Part shown: piece after piece, positions 18,265 to 26,031 of the stretch
Position numbering within the stretch: position 1 is the stretch's first letter
How the letters are laid out: each line of letters begins with the position of its first letter
NCBI GenBank assembly: GCA_964478705.1
Contig: CAYZIR010000003.1
Location: forward strand, 17,223-81,222
Origin: an uncultured Candidatus Saccharibacteria bacterium
GTDB taxonomy: Bacteria; Patescibacteriota; Minisyncoccia; Phycocordibacterales; EsbW-18
Length of the DNA stretch: 64,000 nt
Reading direction: 5' to 3'
The notes under the pieces: model-generated
Database searches by the model: none
What the model saw: only the letters and a program-made list of their open reading frames with translations
What the model was told of the DNA's origin: nothing
Translations under genes and position numbers: made by a program

Positions 18265-18765
18265 TTATAGCATTTCTGATGCTTTGATCTTATCGAGCAA
18301 GGCTTCATGCTCGCACCTAAAGATAAAGCCTTCACCAAGCACAATATCGTGTGTCGTGTGATGCGGACGCTCTACTTTAATAACTGTTTCAGACACCTCA
18401 AATTCTTTGATCATGTCGTCATATGAAAGCGAAAGCGGGTAGACTTCGATGTGGTCGAATCCTTCCTTCTGAGAGCCGTCTGGTTTCTGATCGGACAATT
18501 CAAGGAAATATATTGTACCGAGCTCTGTCTCAATACCTTTCTTCAAACGTATGTACGCAATCCGCCGTTTTGAAATGATGGACTGATAGATAAAATCACT
18601 TTCGTCTTCAAACATCGCTCGCATGCTTTCAAACGACTCCTTTGAGGCACATTTCCAACAAATGTGATCCGCCTGTGCCCTTCCCTTGAGTGTATGCTTC
18701 TTTGCGAACGAATCGAAAAGAGCCACAAATCTCTCCGATTCCGCATGCAATGTTTCGATTGTCAT
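18265..18765 (-). CDS. YecM-family VOC protein
   Basis: ADHICWK, RRIA, LELSDQK, GFDHIE. Confidence 0.8.
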   Translation of the reverse strand: MTIETLHAESERFVALFDSFAKKHTLKGRAQADHICWKCASKESFESMRAMFEDESDFIYQSIISKRRIAYIRLKKGIETELGTIYFLELSDQKPDGSQKEGFDHIEVYPLSLSYDDMIKEFEVSETVIKVERPHHTTHDIVLGEGFIFRCEHEALLDKIKASEML

Positions 18766-18780
18766 GATTGTTAGTGGCTA

Positions 18781-18801
18781 CCTGACCTATCGGCAGGCAG
18801 G
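18781..18801. repeat. short palindromic repeat (CCTGCC...GGCAGG family)
   Basis: CCTGACCTATCGGCAGGCAGG. Confidence 0.7.
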
Positions 18802-18818
18802 AATGATGTTAAATCAGC

Positions 18819-19370
18819 TTAAGAGATAAGACTGTTATAGATCTCCTCTAAGGTTCCTGAGAAATCATTGGAATTATCAAAAAATGGCAGACCGAGCTTT
18901 CCGCACTCTGATTCAAGATACTTACTAAACTCAATCATGTCTGAAATCGCAAAACGCATCTGATCATCCGTTTGGCTCAACGTCCAGTCACCATGTGAAT
19001 CTTGATATTTTCTAACCTCAAGAAGTTTTTGTTCTACATCGTGCTGCGGATATCCTACAAATGCTATTGTTACTTTTTCTGGATATTGATCGAGGACCTT
19101 CTTCGCTTGCTCTGGAAGAATACCGTCGCCTTCAATAAGATATGCGGGTTCGTCTTCCACCAAGTGAGAGAAAAGATTGTATGTAAATGGCCCCAGCTTA
19201 TGAGCTTTTTCTATAAACGGTTGCCCATGTTGAATATCAAGAGCCGGAGCCCCCTGAAGAGCACTGATTAATACATCTATTGAAAAGTAAGGGACCTTCT
19301 TTTCGTTGAGAAGTTTCCGAGAAATTGTTGATTTTCCTGAACGCGCAGCCCCTCCGAGAATGTAGAGCAT
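18819..19370 (-). CDS. P-loop kinase-like protein
   Basis: GAARSGKS Walker A, LIEG. Confidence 0.8.
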   Translation of the reverse strand: MLYILGGAARSGKSTISRKLLNEKKVPYFSIDVLISALQGAPALDIQHGQPFIEKAHKLGPFTYNLFSHLVEDEPAYLIEGDGILPEQAKKVLDQYPEKVTIAFVGYPQHDVEQKLLEVRKYQDSHGDWTLSQTDDQMRFAISDMIEFSKYLESECGKLGLPFFDNSNDFSGTLEEIYNSLIS

Positions 19371-19415
19371 AGTTGTTGGTAGATAATTTTCTGTAAGTTT
19401 AGAAGGATACCAAGG

Positions 19416-19685
19416 CTAAAATAACATCCATGTTCTTGCAACTCCCTCAAATTCACCACAGTTTGTTTCGAATTTCGAAAGAGGAATAGCAAACATCGTG
19501 TACGAGGTAAGAAAGATTTTACCTTGAGGACCCTCGCCAGCCGTGACTAATTTTAGAGTTATAACTCTCTCAGTCGGATTATCCATAAGAAGACGGACAT
19601 TTTGTTTAGCATCCTCTGGGCAAGACACTAGCGCGTCAGATACCAAAAGTTTTGTTAAGAAAGAGCTCGCAACAAAGAAAAGCAA
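19416..19685 (-). CDS. hypothetical exported protein, start uncertain
   Basis: Open frame with hydrophobic N-terminus and two Cys, but no in-frame ATG. Confidence 0.45.
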   Translation of the reverse strand: MLFFVASSFLTKLLVSDALVSCPEDAKQNVRLLMDNPTERVITLKLVTAGEGPQGKIFLTSYTMFAIPLSKFETNCGEFEGVARTWMLF

Positions 19686-19743
19686 AATGAGAAAGACAAT
19701 TAAAAGTATACGACTAAGGTTTGCATAATTATGTGTTGGTTAT

Positions 19744-19763
19744 CTAGCCTGCCGACAGGCAGG
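19744..19763. repeat. short palindromic repeat (CCTGCC...GGCAGG family)
   Basis: CTAGCCTGCCGACAGGCAGG. Confidence 0.7.
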
Positions 19764-19775
19764 GGCATAGTGAAA

Positions 19776-20603
19776 CTACCCTCTCTTCCAGTTATCGAGC
19801 TCCTGGTCAAAATTGTCGGGATTGTAGCTAAAATTTGAACTCTTTCCACGCATTGCGTCTGGTCGAACTATAAACAATCTTCTGTTATGAGAATCATAAA
19901 AGACTGAATCACCTCCTTTTACAGTCTTTGGTCCCACAATCACAAGTGGCTCAAAACCAAACGTCTCTTTTACGCGCTCAGTTAATAAAGCAATAGAGCC
20001 ACTGTAATCCCTTGCGAGAGCATCTTGTGGCAAATAGTCTGGCCGGAGATTGCCTCCAGCAATAACCGCATCAATAGTCCCCTCTACCGATCTTTCTTTT
20101 AACTCCCGTAGTCGTTCGAGTAAGTGTTGTGCAAAGCTATCTTTATTGAGACTAAAAAATTCTGTTGGGTCTTGATGACTCATGAGTGATATATTCTCAC
20201 CACTTTTTTTATCAATACCAGCAACAACCAACATTGTGCAGTTACGAAATTCCGCTGAAAACTTATCGCGACTGTTAACTTCAGAAATCACATACGTGTA
20301 TTCTCCAGCGTTTTTCATGCCCCGCCTCTTTAAAGACTCTGCATCTTTAAAGTAGTCAACATTATCCACCTCATCGCCAAGATAATTTGGATCAAAATAA
20401 TGTGCTTCCTTACTAAATTCATTTTGAAAATCTTCTTCGATTCCTACACAAGCAAAGATAGGTTTTATACCATCCTTAAGATGTCGCCTAGGACTTGCCT
20501 CCTGATGCACAACGTGATCACTCTCTCCTGCAGGGTTTTCTGAGTTTGCCTTGTTCTTGTCTACTTCTATGTTACCAGGTTGTTTATTGCCACTTTCAAA
20601 CAT
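19776..20603 (-). CDS. hypothetical protein, possible CheD/CNF1-like Cys-His deamidase fold
   Basis: FRNCTMLVVAG...LMSHQDP...AVIAGG pattern. Confidence 0.7.
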   Translation of the reverse strand: MFESGNKQPGNIEVDKNKANSENPAGESDHVVHQEASPRRHLKDGIKPIFACVGIEEDFQNEFSKEAHYFDPNYLGDEVDNVDYFKDAESLKRRGMKNAGEYTYVISEVNSRDKFSAEFRNCTMLVVAGIDKKSGENISLMSHQDPTEFFSLNKDSFAQHLLERLRELKERSVEGTIDAVIAGGNLRPDYLPQDALARDYSGSIALLTERVKETFGFEPLVIVGPKTVKGGDSVFYDSHNRRLFIVRPDAMRGKSSNFSYNPDNFDQELDNWKRG

Positions 20604-20655
20604 ACGAATTTTAAGTTAATAGATTTTCATGTTGACTATTTAAACGGTATTGAAC

Positions 20656-21009
20656 CTATTCAATCTGGAAATCCAGCTGTTCATCAGGAATACCGATTGA
20701 TTTTCCATGTGCAATAGCATCTGTCCATGTTGTTTTATCAGAAAACTTAATCTGAAAGACCTTGTCCTTAAATACCACGAGCACATCATCTTTTCCTGAT
20801 TCCCAGAAATGAATGTACCAAGGACCATCTGAAAGATACTGTCCGATGTTTTGAGCAGTATTCTCATCTACAAGAACACTGTGAAGTACCCAATCGCCAG
20901 CGTGCCATGTTTTCTTAATCTGTACTCGATCAAGAATACTTTTATCTTTAAGACTATTTTCGATGATTGTTCTTTTGAGCATGGTGGGTTGCTTATCTGC
21001 CTCGACCAT
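20656..21009 (-). CDS. hypothetical protein
   Basis: 117 aa ORF with WYIHFW, VVFKDKVF, GIPDEQLDF. Confidence 0.75.
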   Translation of the reverse strand: MVEADKQPTMLKRTIIENSLKDKSILDRVQIKKTWHAGDWVLHSVLVDENTAQNIGQYLSDGPWYIHFWESGKDDVLVVFKDKVFQIKFSDKTTWTDAIAHGKSIGIPDEQLDFQIE

Positions 21010-21043
21010 AGGCTACGGCCGAGGGTGACGATGTTTAAACTCA

Positions 21044-21814
21044 TTATTCAAACTCAACCAACAATGCCAGGTGATCCGAAACTTCATCTGGCAATGCTTC
21101 GAATTCTCTCACGTTAATATCTCCTGAAACTAAGACATAATCGGCAAATTTCTCCTCCTTCGGGTAATGATGATTACGTGTCGACGGTATGTTGTATTTT
21201 TTAATGAGGTTAATCATATTTTCTTCAAGCATATTCATGGCGTTACCATCATTCACGATATTGAAATCGCCACACAATATCTTTTTCCCTGTATGAGATG
21301 CTAGGAACTGGTTGATGACCTTCGATTGCTCGAGTCGCTCTGGAATATCTTTCTTCTGAGACTTATTTTTCCATAAACCATGGAGGTTGAGTACAGTTAT
21401 GCTTTCCTCACTGCTCAGTGCGAGCTTTACCCACTGGCACTTGCCACTCAGCATATCTCCTCCGCGCGTATACGACTGTTCAGGATGACTTTTGAAATGG
21501 CCGCTTTCCAGAATCGTGATATTTTTTCTTACAAAGATAACCTGCCCGCACCCAACCTCAGGATCAAGAAATTCACCATGGATGAATGATTCGGCGGGGT
21601 CTTTGTGTACAAATGAATCGAAATCGCTCAATACAGCGCGTAGTTCATCGTAGAGATTTAATCTTCCCTTCTGGACGGGACTAAACTCTGGCTGTGAACC
21701 AAAAAGCGCGTCCTGAAAACAAAAGATGTCGACGTCCTTCGAGTATTTCTGTATGAACGTCATGAGCGACTCATAGAGTTTACCGCCCCACAAGTTTAGA
21801 GTAATCAGTTTCAT
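21044..21814 (-). CDS. endonuclease/exonuclease/phosphatase (EEP) family protein
   Basis: LITLN, CFQD, GDFN, DYVL, SDH; start reassigned to MKLITLN. Confidence 0.92.
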   Translation of the reverse strand: MKLITLNLWGGKLYESLMTFIQKYSKDVDIFCFQDALFGSQPEFSPVQKGRLNLYDELRAVLSDFDSFVHKDPAESFIHGEFLDPEVGCGQVIFVRKNITILESGHFKSHPEQSYTRGGDMLSGKCQWVKLALSSEESITVLNLHGLWKNKSQKKDIPERLEQSKVINQFLASHTGKKILCGDFNIVNDGNAMNMLEENMINLIKKYNIPSTRNHHYPKEEKFADYVLVSGDINVREFEALPDEVSDHLALLVEFE

Positions 21815-21816
21815 GT

Positions 21817-21836
21817 TTGTTGCCGGACTAGGAATC
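21817..21836 (-). repeat. degenerate duplicate of the tRNA-Gln 3' end
   Basis: 18/20 identical to 21999-22018. Confidence 0.85.
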
Positions 21837-21852
21837 TCACTCGCTTCGCTCT

Positions 21853-21924
21853 CTAAGAACCCTCGGTTCTCAGCGGGCTTCGCCCTGCTCTCCAACACGG
21901 GAGAACACGTGTTCTCCCGACCCC
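21853..21924 (+). mobile_element. 72-nt triple-hairpin dispersed element, copy 2 (tRNA-Gln 3' end)
   Basis: 65/72 identical to the reverse complement of 10652-10723, with compensatory stem changes. Confidence 0.8.
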
Positions 21925-21965
21925 ACTCCTGTTCGAATCCAAGTCCGCGCTCAAACAGAAGTCAC

Positions 21966-21993
21966 ATTTCTGATACCGGACGGTATCAGAAAT
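21966..21993. terminator. hairpin downstream of tRNA-Gln
   Basis: ATTTCTGATACCG-GA-CGGTATCAGAAAT. Confidence 0.6.
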
Positions 21994-22001
21994 ATCACTT
22001 G

Positions 22002-22072
22002 TTGCCGGACTTGGATTCGAACCAAGATACCCTCCTCCAAAGGGAGGTGTCCTACCATTAGACGATCCGGCA
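22002..22072 (-). tRNA. tRNA-Gln(TTG)
   Basis: Acceptor TGCCGGA/TCCGGCA, anticodon arm CCTCC-CTTTGGA-GGAGG, GTTCGAATC T-loop; CCA not encoded. Confidence 0.95.
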
Positions 22073-22081
22073 TTGTTCAAT

Positions 22082-22173
22082 TGTCCTACCATTAGACCTG
22101 TCTAGCTGGCGCTAGCCAAGGCTGATCCGCCTCGGCTCGCTTCGCTTACCGAAGCGAGACGGGCGATCCGGCA
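22082..22173 (-). pseudogene. duplicate tRNA-Gln 5' end interrupted by a 67-nt palindromic insert
   Basis: 22082-22096 plus 22164-22173 reconstitute 22048-22072 exactly. Confidence 0.85.
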
Positions 22174-22201
22174 GAATACAGGGACACTATACCCTGCGAC
22201 C

Positions 22202-22429
22202 CTACTTCTTTCCATATCGCTCGTGTATCTCAACGACCTTCTTCCGTGTGGTACTCCCTGCGACAATCCGTATCGCGGACTGTGGAACCTTGAGATATTT
22301 TGAAAGTTTGCGTATGACTTCAATGTTCGCCTTACCTTTTTCGGGAGTAGCGTTGATACCGACGACAAGTGTCTCGCCCTCTTCACGAACAAAGTCACCT
22401 TTGAGTTTTACACTCACCGAACGCTTCAT
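22202..22429 (-). CDS. DUF167/YggU family protein
   Basis: PEKGKANIEVI, IVAGSTTRKK. Confidence 0.85.
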   Translation of the reverse strand: MKRSVSVKLKGDFVREEGETLVVGINATPEKGKANIEVIRKLSKYLKVPQSAIRIVAGSTTRKKVVEIHERYGKK

Positions 22430-23460
22430 GATGATAGAGATGTCGCTTCAATAATTGCAAGTTCAAGTGGTAGTCCTGGGATTGCAGAACGGTCAAGCAT
22501 CGCGTAAGCGTCGATGAAGCGTGACAGGAGCGCTGAATTTACTTTCGAAGTTTTGTCGTGTGCGATTGTTTCGAGAAGTGTGATGTCGTCAGGTGTATAT
22601 TCGAGGGCAAGCGATTCTTTCATTGCAGGAGCAAACCTCAGAAGCAACACAACACGAAGTTTTTCAAGGAGTAGTTTACCGAGGATTTTCATATCAGTGC
22701 CCGCCTCACGCGCCGATGCAATTGCATTCAGTGCATCTTCGGATTTTCCTTCTGCAACCGCGCGAATCATGTCGTTCACGAGCGTTGAGGATGGTGTACC
22801 GGTTACCGTTGCGACCAACTCTCCACTCACCTTCTTTTCGGAAGCAATGGTGAGCACTTTTTGAAGAATGCCGTGCGCATCACGAAACGAACCTTCTGCC
22901 AGAAGCGCAATCAAATCCGCTGCATCTGTTGCGAGTTCATACCCTTCTTCCTTTGCCGTCGCAATCATGTGGTCACGCAAGAGCGCTCGGGTCGGCGTCT
23001 TGAACGAGTGCACTTCACAGCGCGAGATGATTGTCTCGGGGAGCTTTTCCATCTCGGTGGTTGCGAGAATGAAAATCACGTGTGCAGGTGGTTCCTCGAG
23101 CGTTTTCAGAAGCGCGTTGAAGGCTTCTTTCGTCAACATGTGTGCTTCATCGATGATGTACACCTTGTACGGTGATGCAAACGGGAGTGTATGCACCGCA
23201 TCGCGGAGCGCGCGAACGTCATCGATACCGCGATTACTTGCAGCATCGAGTTCGTAGGTGTCGCGGTCTTCAACACCGAGCATTTTTGCAAAAATCCGCG
23301 CGACGGATGTTTTACCCGTACCTCGCGTACCGGCAAAAAGATATGCATGCCCGACGTGCCCTTTTGAGAGCGCCGCAGAAAGAACCGCTATCACATGCTC
23401 CTGCCCACGAACAGTGTCAAAGTCGGTCGGGCGATATTTTCGATAGAGTGCCTGCGTCAT
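22426..23460 (-). CDS. dnaX: DNA polymerase III subunit gamma/tau
   Basis: ALYRKYRP, GTRGTGKT, DAASNRG, IIDEAHML, SRC; start at MTQAL. Confidence 0.97.
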   Translation of the reverse strand: MTQALYRKYRPTDFDTVRGQEHVIAVLSAALSKGHVGHAYLFAGTRGTGKTSVARIFAKMLGVEDRDTYELDAASNRGIDDVRALRDAVHTLPFASPYKVYIIDEAHMLTKEAFNALLKTLEEPPAHVIFILATTEMEKLPETIISRCEVHSFKTPTRALLRDHMIATAKEEGYELATDAADLIALLAEGSFRDAHGILQKVLTIASEKKVSGELVATVTGTPSSTLVNDMIRAVAEGKSEDALNAIASAREAGTDMKILGKLLLEKLRVVLLLRFAPAMKESLALEYTPDDITLLETIAHDKTSKVNSALLSRFIDAYAMLDRSAIPGLPLELAIIEATSLSS

Positions 23461-23524
23461 GGGGCAATTATACACCAGACGCGAAAACGACCTCACCTAC
23501 TAGGAGGGGGTCGTTTTTGAAGAG

Positions 23525-23755
23525 CTAATTTGTGCTTCTATTGGAGTTTCGAGCGTGGTAAGTCCCAAACATGCTTCCATCCGATGCTTTGCCTAACAAA
23601 ATATCAAAGTCTTTTCTTTCCCAAATTTTGGTGAGCAGTTCTTCTACGACCCTAAAAGAGAGTAAGGCTCCCCAGAGTTCTTGAGAGCATTCTCTACGAG
23701 TCACTACCACCATCTGGGCACGCCTGGGCACGCCTCCTCCTTTCATTAACATCAC
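23525..23755 (-). CDS. hypothetical protein
   Basis: 76 aa ORF with upstream purine tract and a downstream hairpin at 23484-23518. Confidence 0.4.
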   Translation of the reverse strand: MMLMKGGGVPRRAQMVVVTRRECSQELWGALLSFRVVEELLTKIWERKDFDILLGKASDGSMFGTYHARNSNRSTN

Positions 23756-23788
23756 CTACCTACCAGTATCTGCCTCTCCCAGAAAGAA

Positions 23789-24772
23789 TCAATGTGTATA
23801 GCTTTTGATTAATTCCTCGAGTTTTTGGTACGCATCTTGATAGTCCACCGCCGTCATCAAGTCAGCGCGCATTACAGATGCACCATCAAAATTATGGATA
23901 TAGGCCTTGTAGTGTTTTTTCATGGTCGCAAAACTCTTCACATCCCCGAGCATCTCTTCAAAGAGTCTCGTATGCTCAAGTGCCGATTCGAGTCGCTCTT
24001 TGGGTGATCGAACTCTGTCTGCGTCATCAGCAAAAACCCACGGGTTGGTGAATAGCGCACGACCAAGCATTACACCATCACATCCTGTTGCTTCGGCTTT
24101 CGCACGTGCATCTGCGATATCAACAACATCGCCGTTACCGATGATGAGTGTGCCCGGCGCAATTGCGTCACGAATTTTTACCGCATCCGCAATGCGCTCC
24201 CACCGCGCAGGAACTTTTGACATTTCTTTTCGCGTTCGTGCATGAATCGTCACTGCGGAAACGCCTTCCGCAAGAATTTCCGGTAACCACTCTTCAAGAA
24301 TGTCGGTGTTGTATCCCAAACGAGTTTTAACCGAAACCGGAAGATCACCTGCGCCCTCTTTCGCTGAACGAATAACCGCTCGAGCTCGCGCTGGATCTTT
24401 AATCAACCCAGCTCCTGCTTTTTGTTTTTCAACACTTCTATCAGGACATCCCATATTGATATCGACACCATCAAACCCAAGTTCGCGTGCGAGTGTTGCT
24501 GCGTGTTTCATTGCAACAGGGTCTGATGTAAAAAACTGTGCGAGAATTGGTCGCTCACCTTCTGAATACGTAAGATCTCGCATCAATCGCTCGCGCCCTT
24601 TTTCGGGTGCATACAACAGACCGTCCGCGGAAACAAACTCCGTCCAGAGCACATCGGGTCGGCCACGTGAGACCAAGATGTTTCGATAGACCGCATCAGT
24701 TACATCCGCCATTGGAGCAAGCGCGGTGAACGGTCGAGGGAGATTGTACCAAAACGTTTTTTTCACACGCAC
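23789..24772 (-). CDS. dus: tRNA-dihydrouridine synthase
   Basis: LAPMADVTD, DINMGCP, SVKTRLG, HART, IGNGD, MLGR. Confidence 0.95.
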   Translation of the reverse strand: MRVKKTFWYNLPRPFTALAPMADVTDAVYRNILVSRGRPDVLWTEFVSADGLLYAPEKGRERLMRDLTYSEGERPILAQFFTSDPVAMKHAATLARELGFDGVDINMGCPDRSVEKQKAGAGLIKDPARARAVIRSAKEGAGDLPVSVKTRLGYNTDILEEWLPEILAEGVSAVTIHARTRKEMSKVPARWERIADAVKIRDAIAPGTLIIGNGDVVDIADARAKAEATGCDGVMLGRALFTNPWVFADDADRVRSPKERLESALEHTRLFEEMLGDVKSFATMKKHYKAYIHNFDGASVMRADLMTAVDYQDAYQKLEELIKSYTH

Positions 24773-24888
24773 ACCATAGCATTTGCCTCCCTCTGCCTCA
24801 AATGATAGATTGCACCTAGAGGTAACCAGTCATGAGACTCTGAGTCGTCCGCACCACAGAGAGTGATGCGAGAACAATAGGAGCAGCT

Positions 24889-25122
24889 ATGCTGGGATGG
24901 GCTGGTGGATGCGGGAAATTCTGGGCTCGACGGGGCGGAAAGGAACGAAGGACGCCCCGACAACGACCGTTGAAGGAGCGACGAGCTCCCACAAAGTCCC
25001 AGAAAGACCGACGCGCACGGAGGCGCGAGAAACAACAGGGGCGTAAGTTCGCCACGGCATTCAGTGCTGTTCGGCGAGCATTCTCAACCGCGCACAAGAA
25101 ACAGCGTCGGCAGAACCGCTAA
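24889..25122 (+). CDS. small Arg/Lys-rich hypothetical protein
   Basis: SD AGGAG, ATG, terminator immediately after the stop. Confidence 0.55.
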   Translation: MLGWAGGCGKFWARRGGKERRTPRQRPLKERRAPTKSQKDRRARRREKQQGRKFATAFSAVRRAFSTAHKKQRRQNR

Positions 25123-25127
25123 CATCG

Positions 25128-25155
25128 AGGGCTGTACATCCGTACAGCCCTTTTT
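25128..25155 (+). terminator. intrinsic terminator
   Basis: AGGGCTGTAC/GTACAGCCCT plus T tract. Confidence 0.85.
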
Positions 25156-26028
25156 CTATTCAGAATCGTTGCTTTCTCCTTCACTCTGCTCTTCGCTCTT
25201 TTTATAGAACACTTTATTTTCGAATCGTAGATCAATGTAGTCGATGCTCTCAAGATGTATTGGATCTTCGGTCGTCTCCGACTGCATAATTGACGTGAGA
25301 TTCGATACCGCAGTATCAAATGGCGGTACGTGAGGAAAGCGAAGTGTCATATCAGTGAATCCCCCGTCATCTATAGCTCTACGCACGGACAGATCGAGCG
25401 AGTCGCTCGTCCACAGCACGCTCCTCGTCCGGAATCCAAGTGTTTCCAATGCATCAATCGCTTGGTGAAGGAGCGCGAAGTCGTCTTGATCAGTGAGACG
25501 CTTTCCGATGACACGTTCTGGGAATGTCCGTGTGTACGTGATAAGAGAGTTCCCCGAGACGTTCGGCGCGCGAGCGTATGCGAGCGCGCTTTGGTCAACA
25601 AAATAACATACCGTTGACATACTACTTACTGCTGAGCACCACAGTCCTTGGGGCGAGCGCTCAGTGATACGCACACGAATACTGTGAAGACCGACCCGAT
25701 CGATTGATACCTCTTCAATCCTGACAAATTCCTTAGTAAGACTTTCTACCAATGCGTCGTGCGGATATATAAAAATATTCCGTCGTGAAAATATATGCGC
25801 ATATGATCCGCCAAGATGTGAAATAACGGTGTCGAAAATTTCCCGATCAGCAATTGCTGAATTCCCTTCGATGGAAATTTTCTGAATTCTTGTGTATTTC
25901 AAGTTGACGAATTCAACGAGGAGAAAAAAAATACCGATAGCTAAAAAGAGCCATAGAAGCATCCTAACTCCAATGCGCCTGCGGTGTTCTTTACGAACAC
26001 GCTCTGAGATGAAACGTCGTCGCAACAT
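25156..26028 (-). CDS. cell division protein FtsQ/DivIB-like
   Basis: Basic N-tail, TM, POTRA region, C-terminal YIDLRFENKVFYK. Confidence 0.8.
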   Translation of the reverse strand: MLRRRFISERVRKEHRRRIGVRMLLWLFLAIGIFFLLVEFVNLKYTRIQKISIEGNSAIADREIFDTVISHLGGSYAHIFSRRNIFIYPHDALVESLTKEFVRIEEVSIDRVGLHSIRVRITERSPQGLWCSAVSSMSTVCYFVDQSALAYARAPNVSGNSLITYTRTFPERVIGKRLTDQDDFALLHQAIDALETLGFRTRSVLWTSDSLDLSVRRAIDDGGFTDMTLRFPHVPPFDTAVSNLTSIMQSETTEDPIHLESIDYIDLRFENKVFYKKSEEQSEGESNDSE

Positions 26029-26031
26029 CGG

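Noticed and set aside
21815-21898. N-terminal extension of the EEP protein
   Set aside because: It is a translation of the repeat element and tRNA fragment; the domain starts at MKLITLN.
21817-22018. Prophage or genomic island attL/attR
   Set aside because: The repeats enclose only about 160 bp, and no integrase or phage genes are present.
24780-25130. RNase P RNA or tmRNA
   Set aside because: Only a fragment (AAAGTCC) resembles RNase P P4; the other conserved motifs and tRNA-like ends are missing.
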